Shown here: positions 46,838-56,501 of the stretch, piece by piece
Position numbering within the stretch: the first letter of the stretch is position 1
Layout of the letters: every line of letters starts with the position of its first letter
From: Gemmatimonas sp.
GTDB taxonomy: Bacteria; Gemmatimonadota; Gemmatimonadetes; Gemmatimonadales; Gemmatimonadaceae
Direction: 5' to 3'
Length of the DNA stretch: 64,000 nucleotides
Assembly: GCA_965279375.1 (NCBI GenBank)
Contig: OZ257156.1
Location: forward strand, 4,832,001-4,896,000
The notes under the pieces: generated by a model
Databases searched by the model: none
Seen by the model: the letters and a program-made list of their open reading frames with translations, nothing else
Told to the model about the DNA's origin: nothing
Position numbers and translations under genes: made by a program

Positions 46838-47338
46838 TCAGGTGCGAACGCTGACGGGAGGCGCGATGGCGAACGGGAGGACGAAGTCCACCCAGCGCGT
46901 AACGAGTGCAGGATGCTCTTGCGGCAACGACACTTGGCCGACGCGTTCCACGACCCGCAACACCACCGCAGCAGGCTGCTGCGGCATGGCGACAATTGCG
47001 CAGCAGTGGCCGAGACAATCGCACGGATGTGGCGCCGGCGATCGCTCGCCTTGGCCATCACTCGTTGTGGCAGGCGCCGTGTGCGCCATGTGCGCGTGAG
47101 GCGCACTCTCCTCGTGCACGCTCGCAGCATGCGCAGCGGACGTAAGCGCGCTTCCGTTCACGTCGATCGGCGATTCGGCGGGAGCACTCATGCCCTGCAT
47201 CGCGCCGTGCGCCATGCCGTGTTCCGCACCGTGGCCGCCAGACGGGCACGACAAAACCGCCGGGCGGGCAGCGATGAAGCTGCACCACACCAACGCCATG
47301 ACGGCCTGCATCAGCCAGGATTTGCGCAACCGCGACAT
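46838..47338 (-). CDS. His/Met/Cys-rich exported protein, DUF2946/CruR-like leader candidate
   Basis: N-terminal hydrophobic segment, HGAEHGMAHGAMQGM and HAHMAH, CDCLGHCC, C-terminal LPFAIAPP. Lies upstream of mbnPH-copC. Confidence 0.7.
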   Translation of the reverse strand: MSRLRKSWLMQAVMALVWCSFIAARPAVLSCPSGGHGAEHGMAHGAMQGMSAPAESPIDVNGSALTSAAHAASVHEESAPHAHMAHTAPATTSDGQGERSPAPHPCDCLGHCCAIVAMPQQPAAVVLRVVERVGQVSLPQEHPALVTRWVDFVLPFAIAPPVSVRT

Positions 47339-47370
47339 GCGAATAGCCTACGGCAGGTGGGCCGCGCATG

Positions 47371-49029
47371 TCAAGCCGAGCAGAATCCCCTCGCAACCAG
47401 CAGTGCGCGCACTGGCTCCGCCGCCATGCTCTCCGCTGACTCGTGCCACCGATTGAACGACTCGGCGCGCGTTGCGCCGGCGTCGAGCAGTGCGGCAGTG
47501 ATCGACACATAGTCGTCCACGCGCGGATTGTTCGCATTGGTGGAACCGTGGGCCGTCCACGCGATCGGTGAGCTGCCGTAGTTGCTGTCCCGCTGATTCA
47601 CTGGTGCGCCGGCGGCGATCAGCTGCGCCACCAGCGCTACGCGTCCGTGCCACGCGGCCCAATGCAGCGGCGTGCCGCCCCACTCGCCGTCCTGATCGAG
47701 CGGCCAACCCAGCGCGAGCATCAGGGCCACGCTCGCATCGCGTCGCTCGTCGATCGCTACGCCCAACGCCTGCCGATCTTCGGCAGTCAGTTCCGACAAG
47801 ACTCGCGGATGCGCCGTCAGCACGGCGCGCGCCGACGCTTCATCGGCCACGGCACAGGCACCGAGCAACAGATCGACGGGCGCGAGGTCATCGACAACCG
47901 CGCCGTGCTGCTGCAAGTACGCCGCAGCGGCCCTATTGCCCGCGCGTACCGCCAACGCGTACGGCGTTCGTCCATCGCGTCGGCGAACCGTGATGTTTGC
48001 ACCGTGTGCGACGAGCAACGCGACGACCGATGCGTCGTACCCGGACGCAACCACCCGATGCAGCGGCACCTCGCCGGCGTACGATTTACCTGCGTGCGAG
48101 TTACCCTCGTCGGTCGCACCGGCATTCTCTCCAGCAACGAAGCTCCGCACGTTCGGATCGGCACCATGCGCGAGCAGCCACTCCATGCCGCGGAGTACGG
48201 ACGCACTGATCGGATTGGACGCACGATGCGTGGCCAGAAAGTAGAGCGGCGTGTTGCCGGACGCGCCGTGCCGTCCGCTCAGCTCCGCACCGAACTCACG
48301 CAGCGCCTCCAGACATTCGCGGTGATCGTGCTGCGCGGCGTGATACACGCTTTCGCCGTCGGTCGGGTTGGCGCCACGCTCGAGTAGGAGCCGAGTGAGT
48401 GGCTCATCGTTGGCGACGCAGGCAAAGTAGAGAATGGGAATGCGTGCCGTAGCATCGCCCAGCGGCACGGAAGCGTTCGCGCTCGCCCCTGCGTCCAGCA
48501 GCAACCGTACGCTCTCCAACCGTGCGCGAGGCGACACGTCCAACTGCGCGTGCAGCGCACACTGCATCGCATACACGATCGGCTCGGTGCCATCGGGCTC
48601 GGTGGGTCGCATTGCCGAGGACGGATCCGACGCGATCCAGTCGGCGAGCGCGTCGACATTTGCCGTCGCGGCCGCCGTGTGCACGTTCACGCCAGAGATC
48701 GCGGGGTACGCGGTCAGCAGCTCATGCGCCCGCGCGAACTGCTCATCGCGCACGGCCTTGAGAAAGAGCGCGGCGTTCACCCGCAGCGGATCCGCCGCTT
48801 CGACCGTGCGCACCAGCTCCTCCCACGAGCGAAGCCCGGCCTGTGTGGCCAGCGCACGCTGCGCATCCGCGATGGTGAGCGCCTCGCGCATCACGTCGTC
48901 GCTGGCGGAGACAAACTCCGGAAGCAGCCCGCGCAGTCGCTTGAGCAACACGGCATCGCCCTGTTGCGCCGCGCGCAGCAACTGCATCGACTGCGTCTGC
49001 AGTGCGGCGATCGAGAATCCATCCGCCAT
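47371..49029 (-). CDS. Ankyrin-repeat protein
   Basis: Repeated LLxxGAxxN, GNTPLY, GRTPY and GGTPLHWAA motifs. GGAGG RBS before ATG 49029. Confidence 0.9.
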   Translation of the reverse strand: MADGFSIAALQTQSMQLLRAAQQGDAVLLKRLRGLLPEFVSASDDVMREALTIADAQRALATQAGLRSWEELVRTVEAADPLRVNAALFLKAVRDEQFARAHELLTAYPAISGVNVHTAAATANVDALADWIASDPSSAMRPTEPDGTEPIVYAMQCALHAQLDVSPRARLESVRLLLDAGASANASVPLGDATARIPILYFACVANDEPLTRLLLERGANPTDGESVYHAAQHDHRECLEALREFGAELSGRHGASGNTPLYFLATHRASNPISASVLRGMEWLLAHGADPNVRSFVAGENAGATDEGNSHAGKSYAGEVPLHRVVASGYDASVVALLVAHGANITVRRRDGRTPYALAVRAGNRAAAAYLQQHGAVVDDLAPVDLLLGACAVADEASARAVLTAHPRVLSELTAEDRQALGVAIDERRDASVALMLALGWPLDQDGEWGGTPLHWAAWHGRVALVAQLIAAGAPVNQRDSNYGSSPIAWTAHGSTNANNPRVDDYVSITAALLDAGATRAESFNRWHESAESMAAEPVRALLVARGFCSA

Positions 49030-49174
49030 ACCATCCTCCATGTGGCGACCCGCGCCGACTCGTCGAATCGGGCACGGCCGCATCCCGCGCAATCATGTAC
49101 ACGCTGTCGTCGAAGTGCCAATGTAACGATCGGGCAAAGAAGCCGGACTGTCACTGCTGCCGCTTTTTGTGGAC

Positions 49175-49888
49175 ATGCAGAATGCCTCGATGATCCAGCC
49201 TGTTCCGACTGCAACCGGCAGCTACTCCGTGCTCGACGTGCTTGCCGACGTCGTGAAGTTCTGGCAGATCATCATCTTCGTCTTTGGTGCCTACCAGTTC
49301 TACGCCAATCGACGCGAACGACTCGCGGCGGACAAGGTGCGCGAAGCGCAGGAGCGGAAGGACTCCAACTTTCAGGCGTGGCAAGTCGTCAACAGCTCGC
49401 AGGGAAAAGGCGGCAGCGGCGGACGCATCGATGCGCTGGCGAACCTCGCCAGAAATGCGCAATCCCTGGCAGGAGTTAATGCCGACGGTGCGTGGCTCGT
49501 CGGTGTTGACCTGCGCGGTGCCGACCTCACGCATGCAAGCTTCAAGGACGCCAATCTGCAGGGTGCGCAATTGGCCGGCGCCAATCTTCGCCACGCGAAC
49601 CTCGAGGGCGCCAACCTGACGGCCGCTCAACTCGATGGTGCGTATCTGCAAGGCGCCCGAGTGGCTGGTGCTCGACTCTCGGCGGCGTCGCTTCTGTCGG
49701 CTGACCTCGCGGATCTCGTCGGGTGGCAGGAGATCGCGAGTCTAACCTACGCGCGTCTCCAACACGTGCAGCGTGCACCCGCCGGATTCCGGGCGTGGGC
49801 CGTCACTCAGGGCGCGGAGGACCAGTCGCCTAACGAGCCAACGGATGCGGACGGGCATGCCTTTTCGACGCAATTCCGCGCCATGTAG
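49175..49888 (+). CDS. Membrane-anchored pentapeptide-repeat protein
   Basis: TM helix, then A(D/N)Lxx repeats (ADLTH ASFKD ANLQG AQLAG ANLRH ANLEG ANLTA). Confidence 0.88.
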   Translation: MQNASMIQPVPTATGSYSVLDVLADVVKFWQIIIFVFGAYQFYANRRERLAADKVREAQERKDSNFQAWQVVNSSQGKGGSGGRIDALANLARNAQSLAGVNADGAWLVGVDLRGADLTHASFKDANLQGAQLAGANLRHANLEGANLTAAQLDGAYLQGARVAGARLSAASLLSADLADLVGWQEIASLTYARLQHVQRAPAGFRAWAVTQGAEDQSPNEPTDADGHAFSTQFRAM

Positions 49889-50026
49889 CAACGCAGCCTG
49901 ACGGGCGAGGGCGTCGTCTGCCATAGGAGCCTCCGTCGGCTAGCGCGTGCGCCAGAGCGCACGCATATATCAGGGCCGATATCTCACCACTGTATCATCT
50001 GTAAAATCACCGACTGGAGCCTTTTG

Positions 50027-50974
50027 ATGTCCCAGAAGATCATCGCCGTCTTCGGCGCCACGGGCGCGCAGGGCGGCGGCGTGGTTCGCGCCATTGCCGC
50101 AGACCCAAGCAGCGGGTTCGTCGCACGCGCCATCACGCGCAACCCCGAGTCTGACAGCGCCAAGGCGCTCGCGGCGCTCGGCGTGGAAGTCGTTGCCGCC
50201 GATGCCGACAAGCCCGAGACGTTGGCCGCGGCGCTCGCCGGCGCGTACGGCGCGTTCGTCGTCACGAATTTCTGGGAGCACTTCAACGCGGAACGTGAAG
50301 GCGCGCAGGCCTCAGCGATCGCCCGCGCCACCAAGGCGGCCGGCCTGCAGCACGTGGTCTGGTCCACGCTCGAAGACACGCGCAAGTGGATTCCGCTCAG
50401 CGACTCGAGGCTCCCGACGCTGCACGGCAACTACAAAGTCCCGCACTTCGACGCCAAGGGTGCGGTCGATCAGGTGTTCGCCGAGGAAGGTGCGCCGACG
50501 ACGTACATGATGGCGGCGTTCTACTGGGACAACCTCATTCACTTCGGCATGGGCCCGCGCGCGGGCGAGAACGGCGAGCTTGTGCTCGCGTTTCCGTTGG
50601 GTGGCGCGAAGCTCCCGGGTATCGCCGCGGCTGATATCGGCGGATGCGCGTTTGGCATCTTCAAGGAGGGCGCGTCTACGATTGGAAAGCGAATCGGCAT
50701 CGCCGGCGAGTCGCTGAGCGGCGCCGACATGGCCGCCAAGCTGGGCAAGGCGATCGGTCGTGCGGTGCACTTCTTCGACGTGCCCTTCGACACCTACCGC
50801 GGGCTTGGATTCCCTGGTGCCGAAGATCTCGGCAACATGTTCGAATTCCAGGCGATCCTCGGCGACGAATTCCAGTCGGCGCGCGACGCCGCGCGTTCTC
50901 GCGTGCTCAACCCAGCCATCCACGATTTCGATGCGTGGCTGTCCAAGAACGCGGCGGCGATTCCGATTGGTTGA
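50027..50974 (+). CDS. NmrA/HSCARG family NAD(P)-binding protein
   Basis: VFGATGAQGG, AITRNP, VTNFWE, VPHFDAK. Confidence 0.92.
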   Translation: MSQKIIAVFGATGAQGGGVVRAIAADPSSGFVARAITRNPESDSAKALAALGVEVVAADADKPETLAAALAGAYGAFVVTNFWEHFNAEREGAQASAIARATKAAGLQHVVWSTLEDTRKWIPLSDSRLPTLHGNYKVPHFDAKGAVDQVFAEEGAPTTYMMAAFYWDNLIHFGMGPRAGENGELVLAFPLGGAKLPGIAAADIGGCAFGIFKEGASTIGKRIGIAGESLSGADMAAKLGKAIGRAVHFFDVPFDTYRGLGFPGAEDLGNMFEFQAILGDEFQSARDAARSRVLNPAIHDFDAWLSKNAAAIPIG

Positions 50975-51002
50975 TTGACCAGCAGCACCGAGGTGCAGTG
51001 CG

Positions 51003-51413
51003 TCAGCGTCGCTTGCGCTGCCCCTCGGTGACCAGCTGCTGATAGAGCCGGCGACGCGCGCGCGCGGCAGTCTCCAGCGTGGCGCCGTCCTTGAGCGTCT
51101 TGGAGAGCGAGCGCTGCTTGTATGTCGCGCGCACCACCAGCCCGCCCTGCGGCGTATGGTAGACGCCCACAACGCCGCTTGGTGTGCGTGCCTTGGTCAC
51201 GATGGGCACGCCATCGATGTAGACCTGCTTGTGCTTCTGGTGCTGACGCAGCACCCAGGCCGCGCACTTTTCCTTGGCCTTCTTCTTCCCGCCGTGCAGG
51301 CGATCGGAGAAGAAACGAGAGGGCGGACGGGCACCGTCCACCTCGAAGTAAATGCGACCCTGCCACCCGAAGCTGTTCTTCTCGGGCTGTTCGATGCGAA
51401 TGACGCCTTTCAT
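51003..51413 (-). CDS. Small basic AP2-domain-like DNA-binding protein
   Basis: MKGVIRI...GWQGRI...SRFFSDRLHGGKKKA...A and SGVVGVY. This is the AP2/integrase-type three-strand-plus-helix pattern, and the protein is very basic. Confidence 0.65.
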   Translation of the reverse strand: MKGVIRIEQPEKNSFGWQGRIYFEVDGARPPSRFFSDRLHGGKKKAKEKCAAWVLRQHQKHKQVYIDGVPIVTKARTPSGVVGVYHTPQGGLVVRATYKQRSLSKTLKDGATLETAARARRRLYQQLVTEGQRKRR

Positions 51414-51694
51414 GAGCGGACGCTAGAACGTGAGACGCCTGACTCCGACCGTGAGCCAGAAGGAATGGGAATACTATATGCCGAAATAGTATCCGAGTCG
51501 AGCCGTTCGCAACAGCGCTCTGCGGTGTGCGTCACGTCACCGACCGCGCTGCGTTAAACAATCCTTGCCAGCCGGGTGACCCGGCGGCCGAGATCGCCGA
51601 GTCACGCATCCGCCCGTATTATCCCGCCAGACTGATTTCGCCGCCGCCTGCGCGGTCGGCACGGATTAGTCTCCCCTTGCCGCAGGACCACGCT

Positions 51695-53173
51695 GTGAAC
51701 CCTCTGCTGTCCCGTTGCCGTCGACGCGCGCGCGACTCGTCGCTGGTGGCGCTGCTCCTGGTCGCGCTCCTGCTCAGCGCGCCGCGTTCAATGCACGCAC
51801 AGCCGGCGGACCCGCGGTTCGAGTCGCTGGTGACGATGGCCGAAGCGAAGATGAAGCTCTACGGGGTGCCTGGTCTGTCCATCGGAATTATTCACGATGG
51901 TGTCGTGCAGATCCGCGGTGTCGGAGTCACCAACATCGAAGACCCGCTGCCGATCACGCCGCATACCGTCTTCCCCATCGCGTCGATCTCCAAGACGTTC
52001 GCGACGACGGCCACCATGCGATTGGTCGAGCAAGGCAAGATCGACCTGCGCGCGCCGGTTCGGACATATCTTCCCGACTTTGCGCTCCAGGACACCGCCG
52101 TCGCGCGTACCGTGACCGTCTGGCACTTGCTCACGCACTTGGGCGGCTGGGAAGGTCAGGTCTCCGGTCCGGATCGTGGTTCCGAAACGCTGCCCAACTT
52201 CGTGGCCTCGATGTCGGGCGTCATGCAGGTCGCACCGCCGGGCGCAGCGTGGAGCTACAACAACGCTGGCTTCAGCATCGATGGACGCGTGATCGAGTCC
52301 GTCACGGGGCAGTCCATCAACGACGCCGTGCGGGACCTGGTCTTTCGGCCGCTTGGGCTCGAGCATGCGGGCACGACAGCCGGCGATTTCATCGTGCAGC
52401 GCTTCGCCGCGGGACACATCACGCGCAACGGCGTCCCGACGCTGCAACGCCCCTTCGTACCGTCTACCGGAGTGACCGCTGGCGGCGTTGGTCTGTGCAT
52501 GACGGACCTCATGACGTACGCGCGCTTTCACCTCGGCGATGGCACGTCACCACGCGGCGAGCGTTTGCTGTCGCGCGAGACGCTGCAGCGCATGCGCACG
52601 ATGCAGGCACACAAGCAGGGCACGGACGACGACATCGGCCTCAGCTGGCATCTGCGCACCGTGAGCGGCGTACGCACCGCGTCGCACGGAGGAACACTCG
52701 GCGGGCACAATCTCCTGCTCGAGATCGCGCCCGACCGCAACTTCGCCATCGCGATTCTCACGAACTCGAACGTCGGATGGCGTGTCATTCAGGATGTGGA
52801 GCGCGAGGCGCTCCGCACGTACCTCGGGGCGACGTACGCGTCCAATCAGGGCATCGCCCACCGCGGCGTGCTCGAAACGCTGCCCTCAGCGACGCCGTTG
52901 GCCAAGCAGCCCGCGCTCTCGAGCTATACCGGCACCTTTGCACGCCCGTCTAACACGGTCGTCGTGCGCGCGGACAGCACGGGGCTGGTGCTGCAGGTGC
53001 GACCGATCAACGGGCAACCATCCCCGGAAATGCGCCTCGCGTTCTTCGGACCCGATCGTGCCGTGGTCCTCGACGGCACCGATCAAGGACAGGCGGTGGA
53101 GTTCGTACGCGACGGAAACGGCCGAGTGATGTGGGTGCGCGTGACTGGCCGTGTGGCGGTACGCACTCCATGA
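51695..53173 (+). CDS. Secreted serine hydrolase, beta-lactamase/AmpC-like family
   Basis: SxxK (ASISK), LLTH, YxN (YNN), HGG, signal peptide. Confidence 0.9.
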   Translation: MNPLLSRCRRRARDSSLVALLLVALLLSAPRSMHAQPADPRFESLVTMAEAKMKLYGVPGLSIGIIHDGVVQIRGVGVTNIEDPLPITPHTVFPIASISKTFATTATMRLVEQGKIDLRAPVRTYLPDFALQDTAVARTVTVWHLLTHLGGWEGQVSGPDRGSETLPNFVASMSGVMQVAPPGAAWSYNNAGFSIDGRVIESVTGQSINDAVRDLVFRPLGLEHAGTTAGDFIVQRFAAGHITRNGVPTLQRPFVPSTGVTAGGVGLCMTDLMTYARFHLGDGTSPRGERLLSRETLQRMRTMQAHKQGTDDDIGLSWHLRTVSGVRTASHGGTLGGHNLLLEIAPDRNFAIAILTNSNVGWRVIQDVEREALRTYLGATYASNQGIAHRGVLETLPSATPLAKQPALSSYTGTFARPSNTVVVRADSTGLVLQVRPINGQPSPEMRLAFFGPDRAVVLDGTDQGQAVEFVRDGNGRVMWVRVTGRVAVRTP

Positions 53174-53213
53174 CCCATCGCTCGGCGAGCCACCCTAACC
53201 TACGGATACCGGC

Positions 53214-54935
53214 ATGAAGCGACTCCTCATCGGCACGCTGATCGTGTCTGCAGTTGGTTGTGCAGGACGATCGTCCGTGTCCTCCTCGCCAACGGTGCCA
53301 CAGACGTTCGACCTCGTGATCGAGAACGGTCGCGTCATCGACGGCACCGGTGCGGCGTGGTTCTACGGCGACATCGGTATCACGGGCGATCGCATCAGCC
53401 TCGTCACCACGCGCGGCATGCTTCGCACGGCGAGCGCACGCCAACGCATTGACGCCGCAGGGCTCGCGGTCGCACCGGGATTCATCGATATCCAGAGCGG
53501 CTCGACGAACGCGTTCCTGCGGGGCGACTCACGTGTCGTGGGCAAGGTTACGCAGGGCGTCACCACGGAAGTCTTCGGCGAAGGCGGCACGCCGGCACCG
53601 CTGAGTCCGGAGATGCTCACGCGCTCTTTGGCCGCACTCGACCCAGCCGACACGCTGTCGCGACGACTGCTGCCGCTGTTCGCGACACCGCACGGGTTCG
53701 CCGAGATGTTTCGCGTGATCGAAGCGCGCGGCGCAAGCGTGAATGTGGGCGCCTTCGTGGGGGGCAGTACGCTGCGGGAGTACGGCATGGGATTGGCCGA
53801 GGGTGCACCGCCAGCTACCGCGCTCGAAGCGATGAAGGGAGCCGCGGCTCGCGCGATGCAGGACGGGGCGCTCGGGTTTTCGACCGCGCTCATCTATCCG
53901 CCCAGCACGTTCGCCAAGACACCGGAGCTCGTGGAGATCGCCAAGGTCGTGCGCGGGGCCGGTGGCATCTACATCACCCACATGCGCTCGGAGGGCGACC
54001 AACTACTCGAGTCCATCGACGAGGTGATTCGGATCAGCCAGGAGAGCGGCATTCCGGCGGAGATCTATCATCTCAAGGCGAGCGGAATCCGCAACTACGC
54101 CAAGGGGCCGTTGGCGATTGCGCGCATCGATTCAGCGCGCGCTGCGGGGCTCGATGTGCAGGCGGACATGTATCCGTACACCGCCGGCGCGACGGGATTG
54201 AGCTCGTGTCTGCCACCGTGGAGTGCCGCGGACGGCAAGCTGTTCGACAATCTCGCGAGCAAGGAGATGCGCGCGAAGATGCGCGCCGAGATGGAGCATC
54301 AGACGTTCGAGTGGGAGAACCTCTGCGAACTCGCCACGCCGCCCAATGTGCTCATCTCGCGGCTCAGCTCCCCCACGATGGCGCAGTACGGCGGCATGCG
54401 GTTGTCGGCCATCGCCGCTGCGATGAAGACCGACTGGATCGAAGCGGTGATGAATCTCGTGCAGACGGAGCACAACCGCGTGGAGACCACGTACTTCATG
54501 ATGGATGAAGACAACGTGCGCCTGAATCTGCGGCAGCCGTGGATGAAGATCGGCACCGACGCCGGCGCCGTCGATCCGGCCACGTTCAGAGGGCTCGTGC
54601 ATCCGCGTTCGCTCGGCACGTTCCCGCGCATTCTTGGCCGCTACGTGCGCGACGAGCGACTGATGCCGCTCGAAGAGGCGGTGCGCAAGATGACGTCGGC
54701 GACGGCGACTCGGCTCTCGCTACACGAGCGCGGCCTGCTCAAGCCGGGTATGTACGCGGACGTCGTCATCTTCGACCCGCGCACCATCATCGACAAGGCG
54801 ACGTACGAGCAACCGCTGCAGGCGTCGGTTGGCGTCCGCGACGTGTTCGTCAATGGCGTCGCAGTGCTGCGCGATGGTCAGCACACGGGAGCCAAGCCGG
54901 GGCGCATTGTTCGCGGGCCCGGGTACAGGCGGTAG
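53214..54935 (+). CDS. N-acyl-D-amino-acid deacylase family lipoprotein (amidohydrolase)
   Basis: Lipobox AVGC, APGFID, THMRSEG, YHLK, DMYPY, GTDAG, HPRSLGTFPRILGRYVRD. Confidence 0.88.
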   Translation: MKRLLIGTLIVSAVGCAGRSSVSSSPTVPQTFDLVIENGRVIDGTGAAWFYGDIGITGDRISLVTTRGMLRTASARQRIDAAGLAVAPGFIDIQSGSTNAFLRGDSRVVGKVTQGVTTEVFGEGGTPAPLSPEMLTRSLAALDPADTLSRRLLPLFATPHGFAEMFRVIEARGASVNVGAFVGGSTLREYGMGLAEGAPPATALEAMKGAAARAMQDGALGFSTALIYPPSTFAKTPELVEIAKVVRGAGGIYITHMRSEGDQLLESIDEVIRISQESGIPAEIYHLKASGIRNYAKGPLAIARIDSARAAGLDVQADMYPYTAGATGLSSCLPPWSAADGKLFDNLASKEMRAKMRAEMEHQTFEWENLCELATPPNVLISRLSSPTMAQYGGMRLSAIAAAMKTDWIEAVMNLVQTEHNRVETTYFMMDEDNVRLNLRQPWMKIGTDAGAVDPATFRGLVHPRSLGTFPRILGRYVRDERLMPLEEAVRKMTSATATRLSLHERGLLKPGMYADVVIFDPRTIIDKATYEQPLQASVGVRDVFVNGVAVLRDGQHTGAKPGRIVRGPGYRR

Positions 54936-55013
54936 CGGCTGCACGCCGGAGCGCTCGACGATCATGTCCGAAAGCGGCGAGTGTTCTGCGAGGTGACAGC
55001 GTAAGCTCCTCCC

Positions 55014-56501
55014 ATGTCTCCTCCATCGATGCCTTCGCCGATCGACTGTGATCGCGCACGCGCCGCCAAGGATGCCCGCTTTGACGGCCTATTCTTTACG
55101 GCCGTGCGCAGCACGCGCGTCTACTGCCGCCCGGTGTGTCCGGCGCCGACGCCGAACCAACGCAACGTCCTCTATTTCCCCACGGCGGCGGCCGCCGCGG
55201 GTGCCGGCTACCGCCCGTGCTTGCGATGCCGTCCCGAACTCTCGCCAGATGTCCGGTGGGGCGGCGAGGAGACGGTGCACCGTGCCTTGTCGCTGATCGC
55301 GGATGGGGAGTTGGAGGAGCGTTCCGTCGAGGTGCTTGCCGAACAGGTGGGCGTCAGCGGTCGGCAATTGCGGCGACTCTTCCTGCAACACTCCGGTGCC
55401 ACGCCGATCGCCGTGCACACCACGCGACGCTTGTTGCTGGCAAAGCAACTCCTGACCGAGACGTCGTTGCCCGTCACGCAGGTCGCCTTTGCCTCCGGCT
55501 TTCAGAGTGTGCGGCGATTCAATGCGGCGTTCGCGAGAGGTTGCGGGATGGCACCGACTGCAGTGCGCCGGTTAAACACAGGTACCCCGGTGGCCGGCTT
55601 CGCACTGCGGCTGGCCTATCGGCCACCGTTCGACTTCGGGTTGATGCTGTCGTTTCTCGCCAAGCGCGTGATGCCCGGGATCGAGCGGGTCTGCGACAAC
55701 AGCTACGAACGGGTGGTCGGTCCGGTCGACGCCTCCACGCTTGTTCGTGTTTCCGCACGCCCTGGCAAGACGGAGTTGTCGCTCGAGATTTCGAACACGG
55801 ACCCACAGCGCATTCCAGATATCGTGCGACGAGTGAGGCGGATGTTCGATCTGGATGCGGACCTGGCGGCTGTGCACTCGGTCTTGTCACAGGAGCCCCT
55901 GCTGGCCGCCGGTATAGCGCGACGTCCCGGCCTGCGCGTACCCGGCGGCTGGGACGGCTTCGAGGTGGCAGTACGTGCGGTGCTGGGTCAACAGATCAGT
56001 GTTGCCGGAGCAACCACGTTGGCGCATCGACTGGTGCAGGCGTATGGGCAGGAGCGACCCGATGCACCGCATGGATTGAATCGATGCTTTCCGCGCGCCG
56101 ACGCGTTGGTTAACGCCCCACTGGAGCAGATTGGCTTGCCCAGCGCGCGAGCGGAAACGATTCGCGGATTGGCGGACGCCGTGCTTCACGGCCGCGTCGG
56201 ATTTCACGCGGGCCAGCGACTGGACGCCGTCGTCCGCACGTTCACCTCGCTGCGCGGCATCGGCGACTGGACGGCGAACTACATCGCGATGCGTGGGCTC
56301 GGGCATCCGGACGCCTTTCCCGCTGGGGATCTGGTTCTACAGCAGGTGCTTGGCCAGGGGAAGCGATTGAGCGAACGAGAGGCGGAAGCGCGGTCGCAGG
56401 CGTGGCGCCCGTGGCGCGCGTATGCCGTGCTGCATCTGTGGCAGCTGTCTGGCGAGTCTCCACTGAACGAGTCGACCGCCGAGGTGACGCATGTGGTGTG
56501 A
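55014..56501 (+). CDS. alkA: Ada zinc finger/AraC-AlkA fusion (DNA-3-methyladenine glycosylase II)
   Basis: DARFDG..F..V.ST..YCRPVC, YRPCLRCRP, AraC HTH, AlkA RAVLGQQIS, HhH LRGIGDWTA..AMR..DAFP. Confidence 0.93.
   Translation: MSPPSMPSPIDCDRARAAKDARFDGLFFTAVRSTRVYCRPVCPAPTPNQRNVLYFPTAAAAAGAGYRPCLRCRPELSPDVRWGGEETVHRALSLIADGELEERSVEVLAEQVGVSGRQLRRLFLQHSGATPIAVHTTRRLLLAKQLLTETSLPVTQVAFASGFQSVRRFNAAFARGCGMAPTAVRRLNTGTPVAGFALRLAYRPPFDFGLMLSFLAKRVMPGIERVCDNSYERVVGPVDASTLVRVSARPGKTELSLEISNTDPQRIPDIVRRVRRMFDLDADLAAVHSVLSQEPLLAAGIARRPGLRVPGGWDGFEVAVRAVLGQQISVAGATTLAHRLVQAYGQERPDAPHGLNRCFPRADALVNAPLEQIGLPSARAETIRGLADAVLHGRVGFHAGQRLDAVVRTFTSLRGIGDWTANYIAMRGLGHPDAFPAGDLVLQQVLGQGKRLSEREAEARSQAWRPWRAYAVLHLWQLSGESPLNESTAEVTHVV

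Noticed and set aside
49175..49888. Qnr/MfpA-type quinolone resistance protein
   Set aside because: It has a TM anchor and a short repeat tract, so it is a generic pentapeptide-repeat protein.
51695..53173. Bona fide beta-lactam resistance gene
   Set aside because: The motifs fit the broad serine hydrolase family, with HGG in place of KTG and an extra C-terminal domain. Resistance cannot be inferred.
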